A DNA stretch of 64,000 nucleotides. Origin: Octopus sinensis. Lineage: Eukaryota. Shown piece by piece: positions 1 to 12,212 of the stretch (positions are counted from its first letter, which is position 1; each line of letters starts with the position of its first letter). The stretch spans positions 1,736,001 to 1,800,000 of the forward strand of contig NC_043022.1 in NCBI RefSeq assembly GCF_006345805.1, in the 5' to 3' direction. The notes below the pieces were generated by a model. The model did not search any database. It saw only the letters and a program-made list of their open reading frames with translations, and was not told the DNA's origin. The position numbers and the translations under genes are program-made.

Positions 1-318
1 AGAGAAAAGAAAGGGGAAGAGAGAAAAGAAAGGGGAAGAGAGAAAAGAAAGGGAAAGAGAAAAGAAAGGATTGAGAGAAAAGGGGGAGAGAGAGAAAAGA
101 GAGGGAAAGAGAAAAGAAAGGGATTGAGAGAAAAGGGGGAGAGAGAGAAAAGAGAGGGGGAGAGAGAAAAGAAAGGGGAAGAGAGAAAAGAAAGGGGATG
201 AGAGAAAAGAAAGGGAAAGAGAGAAAAGAAAGGGAAAGAGAGAAAAGAAAGGGAAAGAGAGAAAAGAAAGGGAAAGAGAGAAAAGAAAGAGAGAGAGAGA
301 GAGAGAAAAAAGGGAGAG
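1..318. repeat. Purine-rich (GAGAGAAAAGAAAGGG-like) tandem repeat
   Basis: Near-pure A/G tract built of about 16-20 bp units such as gagagaaaagaaaggg, ending in (GA)n. Confidence 0.9.
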
Positions 319-499
319 AGTATATTATAGATGATACCAAATCAGAATTTGAGTATCACCAGATTATTGGGGAGTAGGGTGAGGAAAAACGTGTGGGGGT
401 GGGGTGGGTGATGGGGGGAAGGGATCTTTAGAAGTAATTTCAAAGAATTTCTACAATTCCAATCCTGAAAAAAAAACCCTCAAAACCTCATTCCACCAC

Positions 500-1055
500 C
501 ACCACCACCACCACCACCTTCTTTCCATATTGTTATTGTAGTTTTAGTGATAATGGTGATGGTGATGATGATGGTGGTAATAGTGGTAGTGGATGTCGTT
601 GGTGGTGGTGGTGGTGGTGATAGCGGTGGTGTTTTAGCTCCAGGTTGGATATCACAGAGTAGAACAGAACCTAGCATCAAAAGAGTTCCAGCAAGGACCA
701 TCCCGTCTATTTCCTTTTGTGATGTCAGAGGCAGTAGCAGTGTGGTGGTGGTGGTGGTGGTGTTGGTGCCAGTGGCTGTGGTGGTGTCAGTGGCTGTGGT
801 GGTGGTGGTGTTGGTGGCGGTGGTGTTGGTGCCAGTGGCTGTAGTGGTGGTGGTGGTGGTGGTGGTGTCAGTTGCAGTGGCTGATGTTAATAGGATCAGA
901 AGTGACTTAGGAGGGACCAGTGACTTGGTATAATGTCATGTTGGAGAGTTGGTGGGAGAAAGGCAGATGAGGGAGGTGGTGGTGGTGGTGCCATCATGCT
1001 GGTAACAACAGTGTTGTTACTACTACTACTACTACTACCACTACTACTACTACTG
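500..1055. repeat. (GGT/GTG)n, (CAC)n and (TAC)n trinucleotide low-complexity region
   Basis: Long runs of ggtggt, ccacca and tactac; these explain the Val/Gly/Thr-rich ORFs. Confidence 0.85.
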
Positions 1056-1237
1056 TCTTATCTGCATTCTTAAAAGAAAGAAAAATAGTTTCATAGAAGC
1101 GAATCTCTTGTCTTTGAAGTATAGTGAGAAAGGGAGAGAGAGAGAGAGAGAGAGAGAGAGGTTTAGGATTTAACTACAGAAAACGGAAAATGCCTGTTTT
1201 CTTCCCCCACTGCCACCCCACCCCTTCGCCGTTACAG

Positions 1238-1380
1238 ATATAGCAGAACCCGGAGAAGAGAGGAAGCTGGTGGTATCAGAAGGATACCAGCAGCTGTGTG
1301 GTGGCTTTCATCCATTACCACTTCCAATTGTCCCTCTACACACACACACCTCAAAGGTGCTTGTAAAGTACAGCCCCTAA
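1238..1380 (+). CDS. Candidate coding exon, unidentified (DIAEPGEERKLVVSEGYQQLCGGFHPLPLPIVPLHTHTSKVLVKYSP*)
   Basis: Pyrimidine-rich tract and ttacag acceptor ending at 1237, then an open frame to TAA at 1378-1380; no homology recognised. Confidence 0.25.
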
Positions 1381-1668
1381 CAAAGCAAGTTAGAGAGAGA
1401 GAGAGTATTTCTTTATTCACCATAAGGTTGAGAAAAAGAGGGGACAAAACAAACGTTGGGGTCAGGGTATCGAATGAGACGAAACATATGAATAAGCAAA
1501 CAATTAAAATATATACAATTAAATGAGAATGAGTGATTAACAAAAAATGAAGTGGAGGACGTAGTTGACCCCACAAAAGCTGGATAAAGTGGTAGTTAAA
1601 GGGAGAGTGTAGCCAGATTTAGGAAAATAGGGAGAGAATTCTTGTATATTTCTGAGTGAGTTTATAGA

Positions 1669-1706
<38 letters not shown>

Positions 1707-2494
1707 AGAATGAAAGATTAAACAACAAAAGGGAGCGAATGAATAAGAGATTGTTCTTGGAACATTTGCACCAAAGAGAGTCAAATGGATGTGGGTCTTT
1801 GTCTCTTGGAGAGAGAAAGACGGATACAGGTATGTCTAAGAAGATAAGCAAGAGCATGTCTGTGTGTATGTGTGTGTGTGCGTGTGTGTGTATACAGGTA
1901 TGTATGCAAGAATGAATGTGTATGTGTGTGGGCATTAAATGTGTGTATGTGTGTGTGTGTATACAGGTATGTATGTATGTGTCTACGTAGGTAAGTATTG
2001 CATAATGCGCGTGTGTGTGTGTGTGCATGTATATGTTGTATGCAAGAATGAATGTGTGTGTGTGGGCATTAAATGCGCACGTGTGTGTGTGTAGCTATGC
2101 ATGCATACATCTATGTATATACGTGGGGAAAGCAGTTTGTCTGCATTTCTGTATGCGTGTAAACATGCATGCATGCACACACAGGTATGTCTGTGTGGCT
2201 AAGTAGTGCCTAGACGTGTATGTGCATGCATATATGTGTGTGTGTGCATGCAGTTGCACACCGATGTATCGGCTCCGACCGACCTCGTGCTGCGTAAAGA
2301 CAGTGCGCGTGCACTTGATAATTTGCTAATTGAATTTCAAATGAGGAACAGAAACAAACAAACAAACAAAATAAATGGCTTGAAGGGGTTTTTCTTCCAT
2401 TCTTTTCTTTTCTTTATTTCATCTCGACTCTTCTTTAAAGGAGGAGAGCATTTCAGGACTTTGCCCGAGACAAACAGACAGACAGAAGACACCA

Positions 2495-2770
2495 CCATCA
2501 TCATCATCATCATCGTTTAACGTCCGTTTTCCCATGCTAGCATGGGTTGGACGGTTCGACCGGGGATCTGGGAAGCCAGAAGGCTGCACCAGGCTCCGGT
2601 CTTGATCTGGCAGTGTTTCTACAGCTGGATGCCCTTCCTAACGCCAACCACTCCGTGAGTTGTAGTGGGTGCTTTTTACGTGCCACCTGCACTGGTGCCA
2701 GGCGAGGCTGGCATCGGCCACGGTCGGATTGGTGTATTTTATGTGCCACCGGCACAGGTGCCAGGCGTAA
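2495..2770 (-). mobile_element. RTE-type LINE 3' end fragment with (TGA)n tail
   Basis: Matches the 3' UTR of the RT-bearing element at 35757-36100 (ccatgctagcatgggttggacgg...gatgcccttcctaacgccaaccactccgtgag); (atc)n tail on +. Confidence 0.85.
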
Positions 2771-3117
2771 AGAAAAATTCGGTGCCCAGTTGCCGATGGA
2801 GACTGATAGCAGCATTTGTTTCCAGGAGGAAATATCTAGAATGTAAAAGATGCCGGAAATAGCAGTTTTGAAACTGGCTGAACTTCAAAGAAAGGAATCG
2901 TTTCACTGAACTTTGGCCTAACACATCATGGTGAAATGGCCAATGGATTGAACTACATTAAATCAACACCCAGCCTATGGAGTGGGAGTTCATGAGTTCA
3001 AATCTGTTTGCAAGTATTTCGTTAAATTATTGCGTGGGACACATTACGCTGTATATTCTTCCCTTCTTTGATTTTTTTTACATTAACCCTTTAAGCATTC
3101 AGATTACTCTATTAAAT

Positions 3118-3370
3118 CCATCATCATCATCATTATTTAGTGTCTGCTTTCCATGCTGGCATGGGTTGGACAGTTTCACTGAAGGCTGGTAAGCTAGGGG
3201 TAGCTGCACCGGGTTCCAATCTGATTTGGCAGGGTTTCTATGGCAGGACGCCCTTCCTAATGCCAACCACTCCAAGAATGTAATGGGTGCTTTTCATGTG
3301 CCACTGGCATGGGTGCCAGTTACATGACACCAGCATTAGCCACAACTATGGTTTCACTTGGCTTGACAGG
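3118..3370 (-). mobile_element. RTE-type LINE 3' end fragment (diverged)
   Basis: (atc)n tail, then ttccatgctggcatgggttgg...cccttcctaatgccaaccac. Confidence 0.75.
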
Positions 3371-3589
3371 TTTTCTCAAGCATGGCACAGCGCCAAAGAT
3401 CTCCGTCTCTTATCATTGGTTCTGTGAGGCCCAATGTTCAAAGAGTGCATTTTTACATGCCTGTTATGTGATGCAGGCAATGCTCATTTATTTAAGGAGG
3501 TAAAGTGACTGAGTTCCTTTCAAGCTTTGGGCCTCATGGAGGCAAGGACCGAGACCTTTGGTTTTATGTTGTGCGTAAGACCAATCGAG

Positions 3590-3812
3590 TCGAGTAAAAT
3601 TGTAGTCGTGGCAGATACTGGTGTCACACATATGGCACCCGTGCTGGTGGCACATAAAAGCACCCATGGAGTGATTAGTGTTAGGAAGGGCATCCAGCCA
3701 TAGAAAACCATGCCAAATCAGACTGGAGTCTGGTGCAGCCCCTCAGCTTACCAGCCCTGGTCAAACCATCTAACCCATGCCAGCATGGACAACGGATGTT
3801 AAATGATGAGGA
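3590..3812 (+). mobile_element. RTE-type LINE 3' end fragment
   Basis: gttaggaagggcatccagcc...aacccatgccagcatggacaacggatgttaaatgatga. Confidence 0.75.
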
Positions 3813-4416
3813 TTGTTTTTAATTAACCATGCATTATATCATAGTTTTGAGATTTCAGTGACCAAAGTGTGGTTTTGGTAGATGGAAACTGAAAGAAGCC
3901 CATCATGTATGTATGTATGAATGTGTGTGCGTCCCACTACTGCTTGACAACTGATGTTGGTGTGTTTACTTCTGTGACTTAACAGTTTGGCAAAAGAGAT
4001 CAATAGAATAAGTACCAAGTTTTTTAAAATAAATCAATATGTACTGGGATCAATTTATCAGCGAAAAATTTCAAGGTGGTGCCCCAGCATGGCCACAGTC
4101 TAATGACCGATATAAGTAAAAGATGAAAGACTTGTACAACAGGAATGGAAACAATGTGAGAAATGATAAGGGAATGCTACAACCGACTTTAATGCTGAGG
4201 AAATTAATTAAATTAATTGCTGCAAAGCATTGCATTAATAAAGTAATTAATGATCTTTTTTTATTGCTCTAATATCCTAAAGTCAAATGGTAAATGGCAG
4301 GTGGCAGTGGCGTGACAGCAGACTTCTGCAGTAATTAGATTCTGTCCCATCTGTATTCCAGAGTGGCCCCTTGTTCTTCCATGCCCTTGTGTTTGATGAA
4401 ATATGTAGGTAGTACC

Positions 4417-4650
4417 TATTTCTTTACTACCCACAAGGGGCTAAACACAGAGGGAACAAACAAGGACAGACAAACGGATTAAGTCGATTATATCGACCCC
4501 ACTGCGTGACTGGTACTTATTTAATCGATCCTGAAAGGATGAAAGGCAAAGTCGACCTTGGCAGATTTTGAACTCAGAACATAGCGGCAGACGAAATACC
4601 GCTAAGCATTTCGCCCGGCATGCTAACGATTCTGCCAGCTCACCGCCTTA
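4417..4650 (-). mobile_element. tRNA-derived SINE family A, full length
   Basis: Head with A-box-like TGGCAGAATCG and B-box GAGTTCAAAAT; body ctttcatcctttc...gataaa; flanked by TSD gtaggtagtacc (4405-4416 / 4651-4662). Confidence 0.9.
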
Positions 4651-5209
4651 GTAGGTAGTACCAGTAATGCATTAGGGGAAAAGAATGACTTGGTCAACAA
4701 AATAAATACCAGTGTTAAATGGTATTTATTTTATTGACCCTCAAAGGATGAAAGGCAAAGTCGACTTCACTGGAATGGAACGCAAACTCAGAGTGTAAAA
4801 TGTTGGAAGAAATGGCAGCAAGCATCTTGTCTGACATGCTAATGATTCTGCGATTCTGCCAAGCAAATTAACACAGTCGGTTTAATTATTAAAGCTGTCT
4901 GCATGAGAGACAAAGAAACATTTGTTAAATATTTCAGCAGCTGTACTAGTCTCATCACACCATAAACACACAAAGAGACAAGCACACACAGAGACATGCA
5001 CAAACAAACACACGGCAGACAAGTCAACAAGGGTGCCTTTAGGTGGTCGCCTGATCTGCTAGAAATAACTACCAAATTACTTCAAATCATCCCCTACCAT
5101 CTAAAGATATATACACTTTTACTAATTTCAACCATGTGGCTGTGGCCATGCTGGATCACCACCATGGAGAGTATTAAGGTCTCCTGAGATATATATTTTA
5201 TAGGTGCAG

Positions 5210-5299
5210 CTTGCTTTCCAACCACATGGTTCCGGGTTAGGAACCAAAGCCTTAGGAGTGGATTTGGTAGACAGAAACTGAAAGAAGCCCATCATGTGT

Positions 5300-5349
<50 letters not shown>

Positions 5350-5520
5350 GTCTGTGATTGTCCACAACCCCCCACCGTTGCCTGACAACATAACTTAGCA
5401 GTTCGGCAAAAGAACTGACAGAATAAGTACTAGGCTTACAAAGAATAAGTCCTGGAGTCAATTACTTCCACTAAAGGCGGTGCTCCAGCATGGCTGCAGT
5501 CAAAGGACTGAAACAAGAAT
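5210..5520 (+). mobile_element. SINE family B, internally deleted, with internal (TA)n
   Basis: accacatggttccggg, gagtggatttggtagacagaaactgaaagaagccc, (TA)n, then gaataagtactaggcttacaaagaataagtcctgg tail. Confidence 0.8.
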
Positions 5521-5537
5521 ATATATATATATATATC

Positions 5538-5703
5538 TATACAATAAAATGTTACATTACTCGGTAGTCAAGATAAAACTCTGAGTTTCAGATGCCGAGG
5601 TGGAAATCCACAACACCATCTCTTCGTTATCTGGCCATCTGAAAAAATATTATTTACATAATATTGAGGTCTCTTTCTTTCTTTTGTTATCTTATCGTTT
5701 TTA

Positions 5704-5708
<5 letters not shown>
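5538..5708 (-). mobile_element. Short Penelope-like repeat fragment containing a decayed hammerhead-like motif
   Basis: About 170 bp between two (TA)n tracts; minus strand reads agataa-c(-)gaaga-gatg...catc-t-gaaa-ctc-a-gag-t-t-ttatct. Confidence 0.4.
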
Positions 5709-5745
<37 letters not shown>

Positions 5746-6246
5746 ATATTATATATGAGAGCAGATGGTCACACATTAGGCAATTTAGTCCAAAGGGAGA
5801 CATGATAGTCAAAAGTGGAATGGATTTGATCATAGATCTCACCTCTGACCTAGGGTTAAACAATAACATAGAAGGCAGGAAGATAATATACAGAGCCAAT
5901 AAACCAATTAATTTCATGAACAACATGAGAACAGTGCCAAGTTTGGAAGAGAGAGAGAGAGAAAAGAGAGAGAGAGAGAAAGAGAGGAGAGAATGAGTGA
6001 GAGTGAGAGAGAGAGTGTGAGTGAGAGAGAGAGTGTGAGTGAGAGAGAGAGAGAGAGAAGAGAGCCAAGCTCCATGAAACGATTGTGCAATTAATTAGCC
6101 AAGACCACAAATAAATGAACCTGAAATTTCTGTATATTTTGTGATTATTTCCAATCAGTGGAATCCACCAACAGGTGGCAATACCTATATGGACATCCTT
6201 GCATGATAAAGTGGGCCACATAAAAACATGGCTCATCAGACAGGCT

Positions 6247-6283
<37 letters not shown>

Positions 6284-7613
6284 AAAAGACAACGAAAAAA
6301 CAAAACCCGAAGGCAATTTTTTGTTAGGTGGGTCATTCAGAAAATATCCGACAGGCCACAGTTTGGAATGATAAGGGTCATTCTTGCATCCTATAGAATC
6401 ATACAGCCAGTTTCCCAGTTTCTGTAGCATATATATTTCCCCACTGGACAAGATTACTCACTGGAACAATGTGAAATGAAGGGTTCTGTTCAAGACCATA
6501 ATGCGTTGCCCGGTCAAGGAATTGAAACCACAATCTTACGATTGGGAGTCCAGCACCCTAACCACTAAACCACATACCTCCACTTGGGCTGGAAATTGCC
6601 TATGACTGTCTTATACGGACATCAGAAGAAGATAAGGATTCTATGACATCCGTAATTTAGGGGAAAAGACGAGGGACTTAACTGGATAACATACTAGTGT
6701 TCTGCTAAATGGTTCTCTGCTAAATTGGTACTGGTTGAGATATCAGGATTTTGGTACCTTAGGGAGTAGGTCATGCTAGTATAGCAGCAGGTCCATAAAG
6801 GATCTATGGCAGACAAATGGAGATTCGGAATCCAAACATATCAGATTAAATCTTGATAAATCAAGATCTGAAGTTTATAGAACTGTTCAGGAAACAAGTA
6901 TATGTTAACACTGGGTCGGTTCTGGTTGGACAGATCCATGATCATGGACACTCTAGCAGTGACCATCCAGTTGACAGAACAACTCAGACAGTAAAATAAT
7001 ATAACTTGTTACCTAGGTTATGTAGTTGATTATGCGAAGGTGGTTAGAGAGTCAAGCCCGTCGTATATATATATGTATGTGTGTCTGTTTGTCCCCACCA
7101 ACATCGCTTGACAACCGATGCTGGTGTGTTTACGTCCCTGTGACTTAGCGGTTCGGCAAAAGAGACCGATAGAATAAGTACTAGGCTTACAAAGAATAAA
7201 TCCTGGGGGTCAATTTGCTTGACTAAAGGCGGTGTTCCAGCATGGCCACAATCACATGACTGAAACAAGAGAGAGAGAGTATAAATTTTAACAATAAAAT
7301 CTTATTTGGAGTCCCAAGGGTCACATGAACCTTAATTAGGAACCACTACACTATGTCACCATGGTGGCACCTATGCAAATAATTAAATTTTAGAAGAGAT
7401 TGTATAAAAAAAATTGTTAAAATGATTTGTGTATCATAGAAGTGCAACAAAGTTATTGCAGATAAATTTTAACAAAATCTCACGTGGACCCCCAAGGGTC
7501 ATAAGGACCCTGATTGAGAATTACAGATCTATGGGCCCCCTCACTGTGGCCCACGTGGCATAACTGATGCCACAGGCATGCTGGTTACAGTTCAGTGTGG
7601 TGGTGGTTAAGTT

Positions 7614-7949
7614 CGTGAAGGCGCGTGGCTTAGTGGTTAGGGCATTCGGCTCACGATTGTAAGGTCGTGAGTTTGATTCCCGGCGACGCGTTGTGTTCTT
7701 GAGCAAGACACTTTATTTCACGCTGCTCCAGTCCACTCAGCTGGCAAAAATGAGTTGTACTTGTATTTCAAAGGGTCAGCCTTGTCACACTCTGTGTCAC
7801 GCTGAATCTCCCCGAGAACTACGTTAGGGGTACACGTGTCTGTGGAGTACTCAGCCACTTGCACGTTAATTTCACGAGCAAGCTGTTTCCGTTGATCGTA
7901 TCGGCTGGGACCCTCGTCATCGTTGTAACCGACGGAGTGCTCCTATATA
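7614..7949 (+). mobile_element. tRNA-derived SINE family C2, full length
   Basis: A box TGGCTTAGTGG, B box GAGTTTGATTCCC, ttgagcaagacac body, tail shared with C1; TSD tggtggttaagtt (7601-7613 / 7950-7962). Confidence 0.9.
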
Positions 7950-8552
7950 TGGTGGTTAAGTTTAGACAACAATGGAAAAGGTTCATTCCCATTAATGTTG
8001 TCTCTGTAGAAAACAAAGGGTTTCTTTATAATGAGAAGCAAAATGTATGAGGTTTGTATAAATAGGGAGACAGATGGGGGCTAACAATAGAAAAAAGCAA
8101 TAGTTGAATGAATCTTTTTACCCTCTTTGTGTCTATAGCTCAAAAGAGCAGGTCTCGTGACCCCTTTTTAGAGGTTTCCTGTCTGATGGGAGGAAGGGGA
8201 AGAAGTCATCTACAGATTGGCAATTTAAAATAATAATTATTTCAAACTTTTGCCACAAGGGCAGCTTAGGGGAGGTGGAGATGAGTCAATTAGATCAGCC
8301 CCAGAACTGAACTGATAGCCATTTTACTGACCCCGAAAGGATGAAAGGCAAAGTCGACCTTGGCAGAATAATAATCCTTTCCATTATAGGCAAAAGGCCT
8401 GATATTTCACTGGTACTTAATTTATCGACCCAAAAAGGATGAAAGGAAAAGTTGACTTTGGCAAGATTTGAACTCAGAACACTGCGACGGGTGAAATATC
8501 GCTAAGCATTTTGCTCAGCATGCTAACGATTCTGCCAGCTTGCCCCCTTAGT

Positions 8553-8900
8553 AATAATGAGCTTATTGCATACAGTGCTCAGGCGCACTACAACTTGTGG
8601 AAAAGGGTGAAAGAGGGGAGAGAAAGGGTAAAAGAGGTGAACCAGAGGGGAATGAGATTCAAAAGCACCTGCACAGTACACAATAAAACAGAGAAATGAG
8701 CATTAAAGGAACCAATAAACAGAAAGGGCACATAGGTACATCAGGAGTAATGTTGGTGAACTTAAGGAAGCATGGAATTTTAGGACACATTCGTGTCCTG
8801 ACAGCTAACAACTGATGCGGATAGTTTATTTCATGCTTCAATAATTCTCAGTGTGAAAAGATAAATTCTTGAAAGAGTGTATTCTGCTGTCAAAAGGTAC
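8553..8900 (-). mobile_element. CR1-like LINE 3' end relic
   Basis: Minus translation LFTLRIIEA*NKLSASVVSCQDT resembles the ORF2 C-terminus at 58254-58730; shares the 3' UTR piece tacagtgctcagg(c/t)gcac(t/c)acaacttgt. Confidence 0.7.
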
Positions 8901-9394
8901 AGCTAGAAGTTGTTTAGTGCAGGACAGCTTGAACGAGGAACCCCATGAACTAGTTTCTTTAAACCAATGAAAGAATGTCCATTAATTCCAAGACTTAGAA
9001 TCAGAAACTCTGAAGTTCCAAGTGGTAATATTGCCTCTAATGATGTGCCATTTAACTCTTTTGCTACCATGTTTCTGTTGAAAGACTTTTATTTCAATTA
9101 ATTTTGGAAATAATGAAGAATTTAGGAAACTAATTTTGTCCTAATTAAGCTGGTGTTTGGAACAGATTAATTTGAAATTTTGATGGAAGGTTTGTGGGAC
9201 TGAGGTGAGTTAGAAGTATAGGGTCAGTGATGTTATGCAAACAGCTGAAGGAGCCTTGCTAGGAGAGAAGAATGGGGGGTAGGGGTCATGTGAGTGCCGA
9301 ATGACTGGCATGGGTCTCTCTTGCTTCAGGGCCGTCACTCAGGACAGATATGCTGGCTGTGGGAGTCGGAAGAATTTGTGGTTAGGTTCTGGCC

Positions 9395-9562
9395 AGAGGT
9401 TAGGCAGGAACTGCCGAGGTCGACTTCGCCTTTCATACTTTCGGGGTCGATTAAATAAGTACCAGTTACGCCTTGGGGTCGATGTAATTGACTTAATCCG
9501 TTTGTCTGTCCTTGCTTGTCCTCTCTGTGTTTAGCCCCTTATGAGTAATAAAGAAATAGGTA
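9395..9562 (+). mobile_element. SINE family A, head-truncated
   Basis: gccgaggtcgacttcgcctttcat...ttaatccgtttgtctgtccttg...taaagaaatagg. Confidence 0.85.
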
Positions 9563-10925
9563 GGGCTTCTATGGATACATTCAAGCTGGAAAGGAGCAAT
9601 GTTACAAGAGGACCCCGCAAAGTAGGAGAATTTAAACTTTCTTTTTCCATGGCAGAAGGTTTAAATTTAGGTCACTTTAAAGCAGGAAGTCAGCATCATA
9701 GAAATGGGAGTGTTTTCAGGTGGGTTAGTATCAAATATCTAAGATAATGCTTGTAGTTTAGTCAGTGTAGTTTAGTCCTGATTCAGCAGACCTACCTATG
9801 AATAAATATGTGTTCGTCATATTTTCATGGTCTATCTAGGACTACATAAACCAGTAGGTCTATCCTTTTATTTAACAGACCCCACCCTAAAAAACAAAAC
9901 AGCATGACTTTATTTTTAACAAATGGATGGTTTAACTCTTTAGTATTAAGATTACTCTGTCAAATGTTCATCATTTAACGTCTGCTTTCCATGCTGGCAT
10001 GGGTTAGATGGTTTGACTGGAACTGGTAAGCCAGAAGGCTGCACCAGGTTCCAGCTGGATTTGAAAATGCCCAAGACATACTGTATGTTATGGCAACACC
10101 TCTAAAGCTCCATCAGGACTTGAGGACCAAATCAAGACAAGGCAATTTATGTTGACAAACTGAAACCTTGAAGCATATTTAAGAATATTTAACCCTTTAG
10201 CATTTAAACAGGTCACAACTCAGCCAAAATATTCTGTTCTTATATTTAAACGAGCCTGATCCAGCCTCTCACACCTACCCTACAATGTCATTCTCAAAAA
10301 CAATCCCATTATTGAAGTCTTGGAAACGATAAGATAATGCATGATTAATTCAAAACAATGTGAATAAATAAGGATTACATTTGACGTGGTAACCTGAATG
10401 CCAAACAGTTGAATCAGTTTGGGTGGTCATGGAGAAGTCGGTATTGAAAGTGTTAAAAACATCAGGATGTGACTAAGGGATTTGGCTGCTGTTTCTAGTA
10501 GGTGGAGTGACTTTGAAGAGGCTGGCTCATATGCTGGAGAAAGTTGTTTAATGCTATGTGAAGCAATTTGAATCTGCCAATCCTTTCGGTAGATCTGGGC
10601 TGGATTTCCAAGTCACAACATGAATCGTGATGGAAAGAAAGCAACATTAAATATAAAGGATGAATAATTGAACCATTTCCTATCGTTGCATCTCGTGTCC
10701 CCGGCTCCAATAAATGTCAGGATTGCTATAAAAAGATTGAATACTGTTGAATATTTCCTAAAACCCAAGGATTGGCCAGTCACATCCGCTAATAATCAGA
10801 CTACAAAATAAGATCTGAACAAATTCATTGATGATCTGAGTCAGTAGCAAATAAATGGGGGTGGTCATATCAAACCAATTCACTTTGCTTTCAAATTGTT
10901 TTATTATAAAATATTAATTAACATC

Positions 10926-11316
10926 TCTTTACTCTTTTACTTGTTTCAGTCACTTGACTGCGGCCATGCTGGAGCACCGCCTTTAATCGAGCAACTCGAC
11001 CCCGGGACTTATTCTTTTGTAAGCCCAGTACTTATTCTATCGGTCTCTTTTGCCGAACCGCTAAGTAACGGGGACATAAACACACCAGCATCGGTTGTCA
11101 AGCAATGCTAGGGGAACAAACACACACACACACACATACATATATACATATACACGATGGGCTTCTTTTCAGTTTCCGTCTACCAAATCCACTCCTAAGG
11201 CTTTGGTCGGCCCAAGGCTATAGTAGAAGGCACTTGCCCAAGGTGCCACGCAGTGGGACTGAACCCGGAACCATGTGGTTGGTAGGCAAGCTACTTACCA
11301 CACAGCCACTCCTGCG
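10926..11316 (-). mobile_element. SINE family B, full length
   Basis: Reverse complement of the 50957-51365 copy; head gcaggagtggctgtgtggtaag, internal (TG/TA)n. Confidence 0.9.
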
Positions 11317-12039
11317 CCATCTGTTAATTTTATTAGCTTAACTTCTTCTTCCAATAACTTCTGGTGAGGAAGCTGGGGTGGCTTTTGGTACCCAGGCCAG
11401 TGAGTGCAACTTTAAAACTCAAACCCATAGAACTGAAGCAGGATACGCATATCAATGACGCATCCCCTTCCAAGCTGCCTGTCTCTCGTAAAAATGAAAG
11501 ATCTATATTAAAAACGGTGTATCAAAATCTGATTTGGGACTTTTGTGCAGGCATGGCTGTGTGGTAAAGGAATTAAGTCCACTTCCCAATGACATGACTC
11601 AGGGTTCATTCCCAAGTGTTTTCTATAATAGCTTCAGGATGACCAACACTTTTGAGTGGATTTGGCAGACAATCTGAGAAAAGCCTGTTGTGTATATGTG
11701 GAATATAGAGACAACGATGCAAATAGACAATACATCATTGCTTCCATATCCTCTCACTTGGTCCTCCTCGGTGAAAGACTTGGAGTGTAAGTTCAAATCA
11801 TGTGAGCGATACGAAATGTTTTTTTTATATTGAGAACCTACACGTGGGATAAAATAAGAAGGATCGTTGGAAATGACAAGGGATCGGGAGATGTGGCAAT
11901 TTGCTGTACTTGATATGAGACATCAAGCTAAGTAAAATCACTGTCTCCCATACATACAAGCTGGTCCTTTCAGGGGCCGGAGCCACTTGAAAAGCACTTG
12001 TGCTGTGTTAACACACCCATGTCAGTGCTGCATATATGC

Positions 12040-12212
12040 CCTCATGCTGGTGGCATGTAAAAAGCACCCAGCACACTGTTTAGTGGTTTGTGTTAGGAGG
12101 GGCATCCAGCTGTAGAAATCATGCAACAGATGGTTGGAGTCTGGACAGACCCCTGTCTTACTGTCCAACCCATGCCAGTATGGAAAGTGGACGTTAAACG
12201 ATGATGATGATA
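12040..12212 (+). mobile_element. RTE-type LINE 3' end fragment
   Basis: ttaggaggggcatccagctgtagaaa...tccaacccatgccagtatggaaagtggacgttaaacgatgatgatga. Confidence 0.75.

Noticed and set aside
547-933. Val/Gly-rich ORF and overlapping minus ORF
   Set aside because: Dominated by (GGT)n; the 120-bp unique core is open in several frames but cannot be assigned to any protein.
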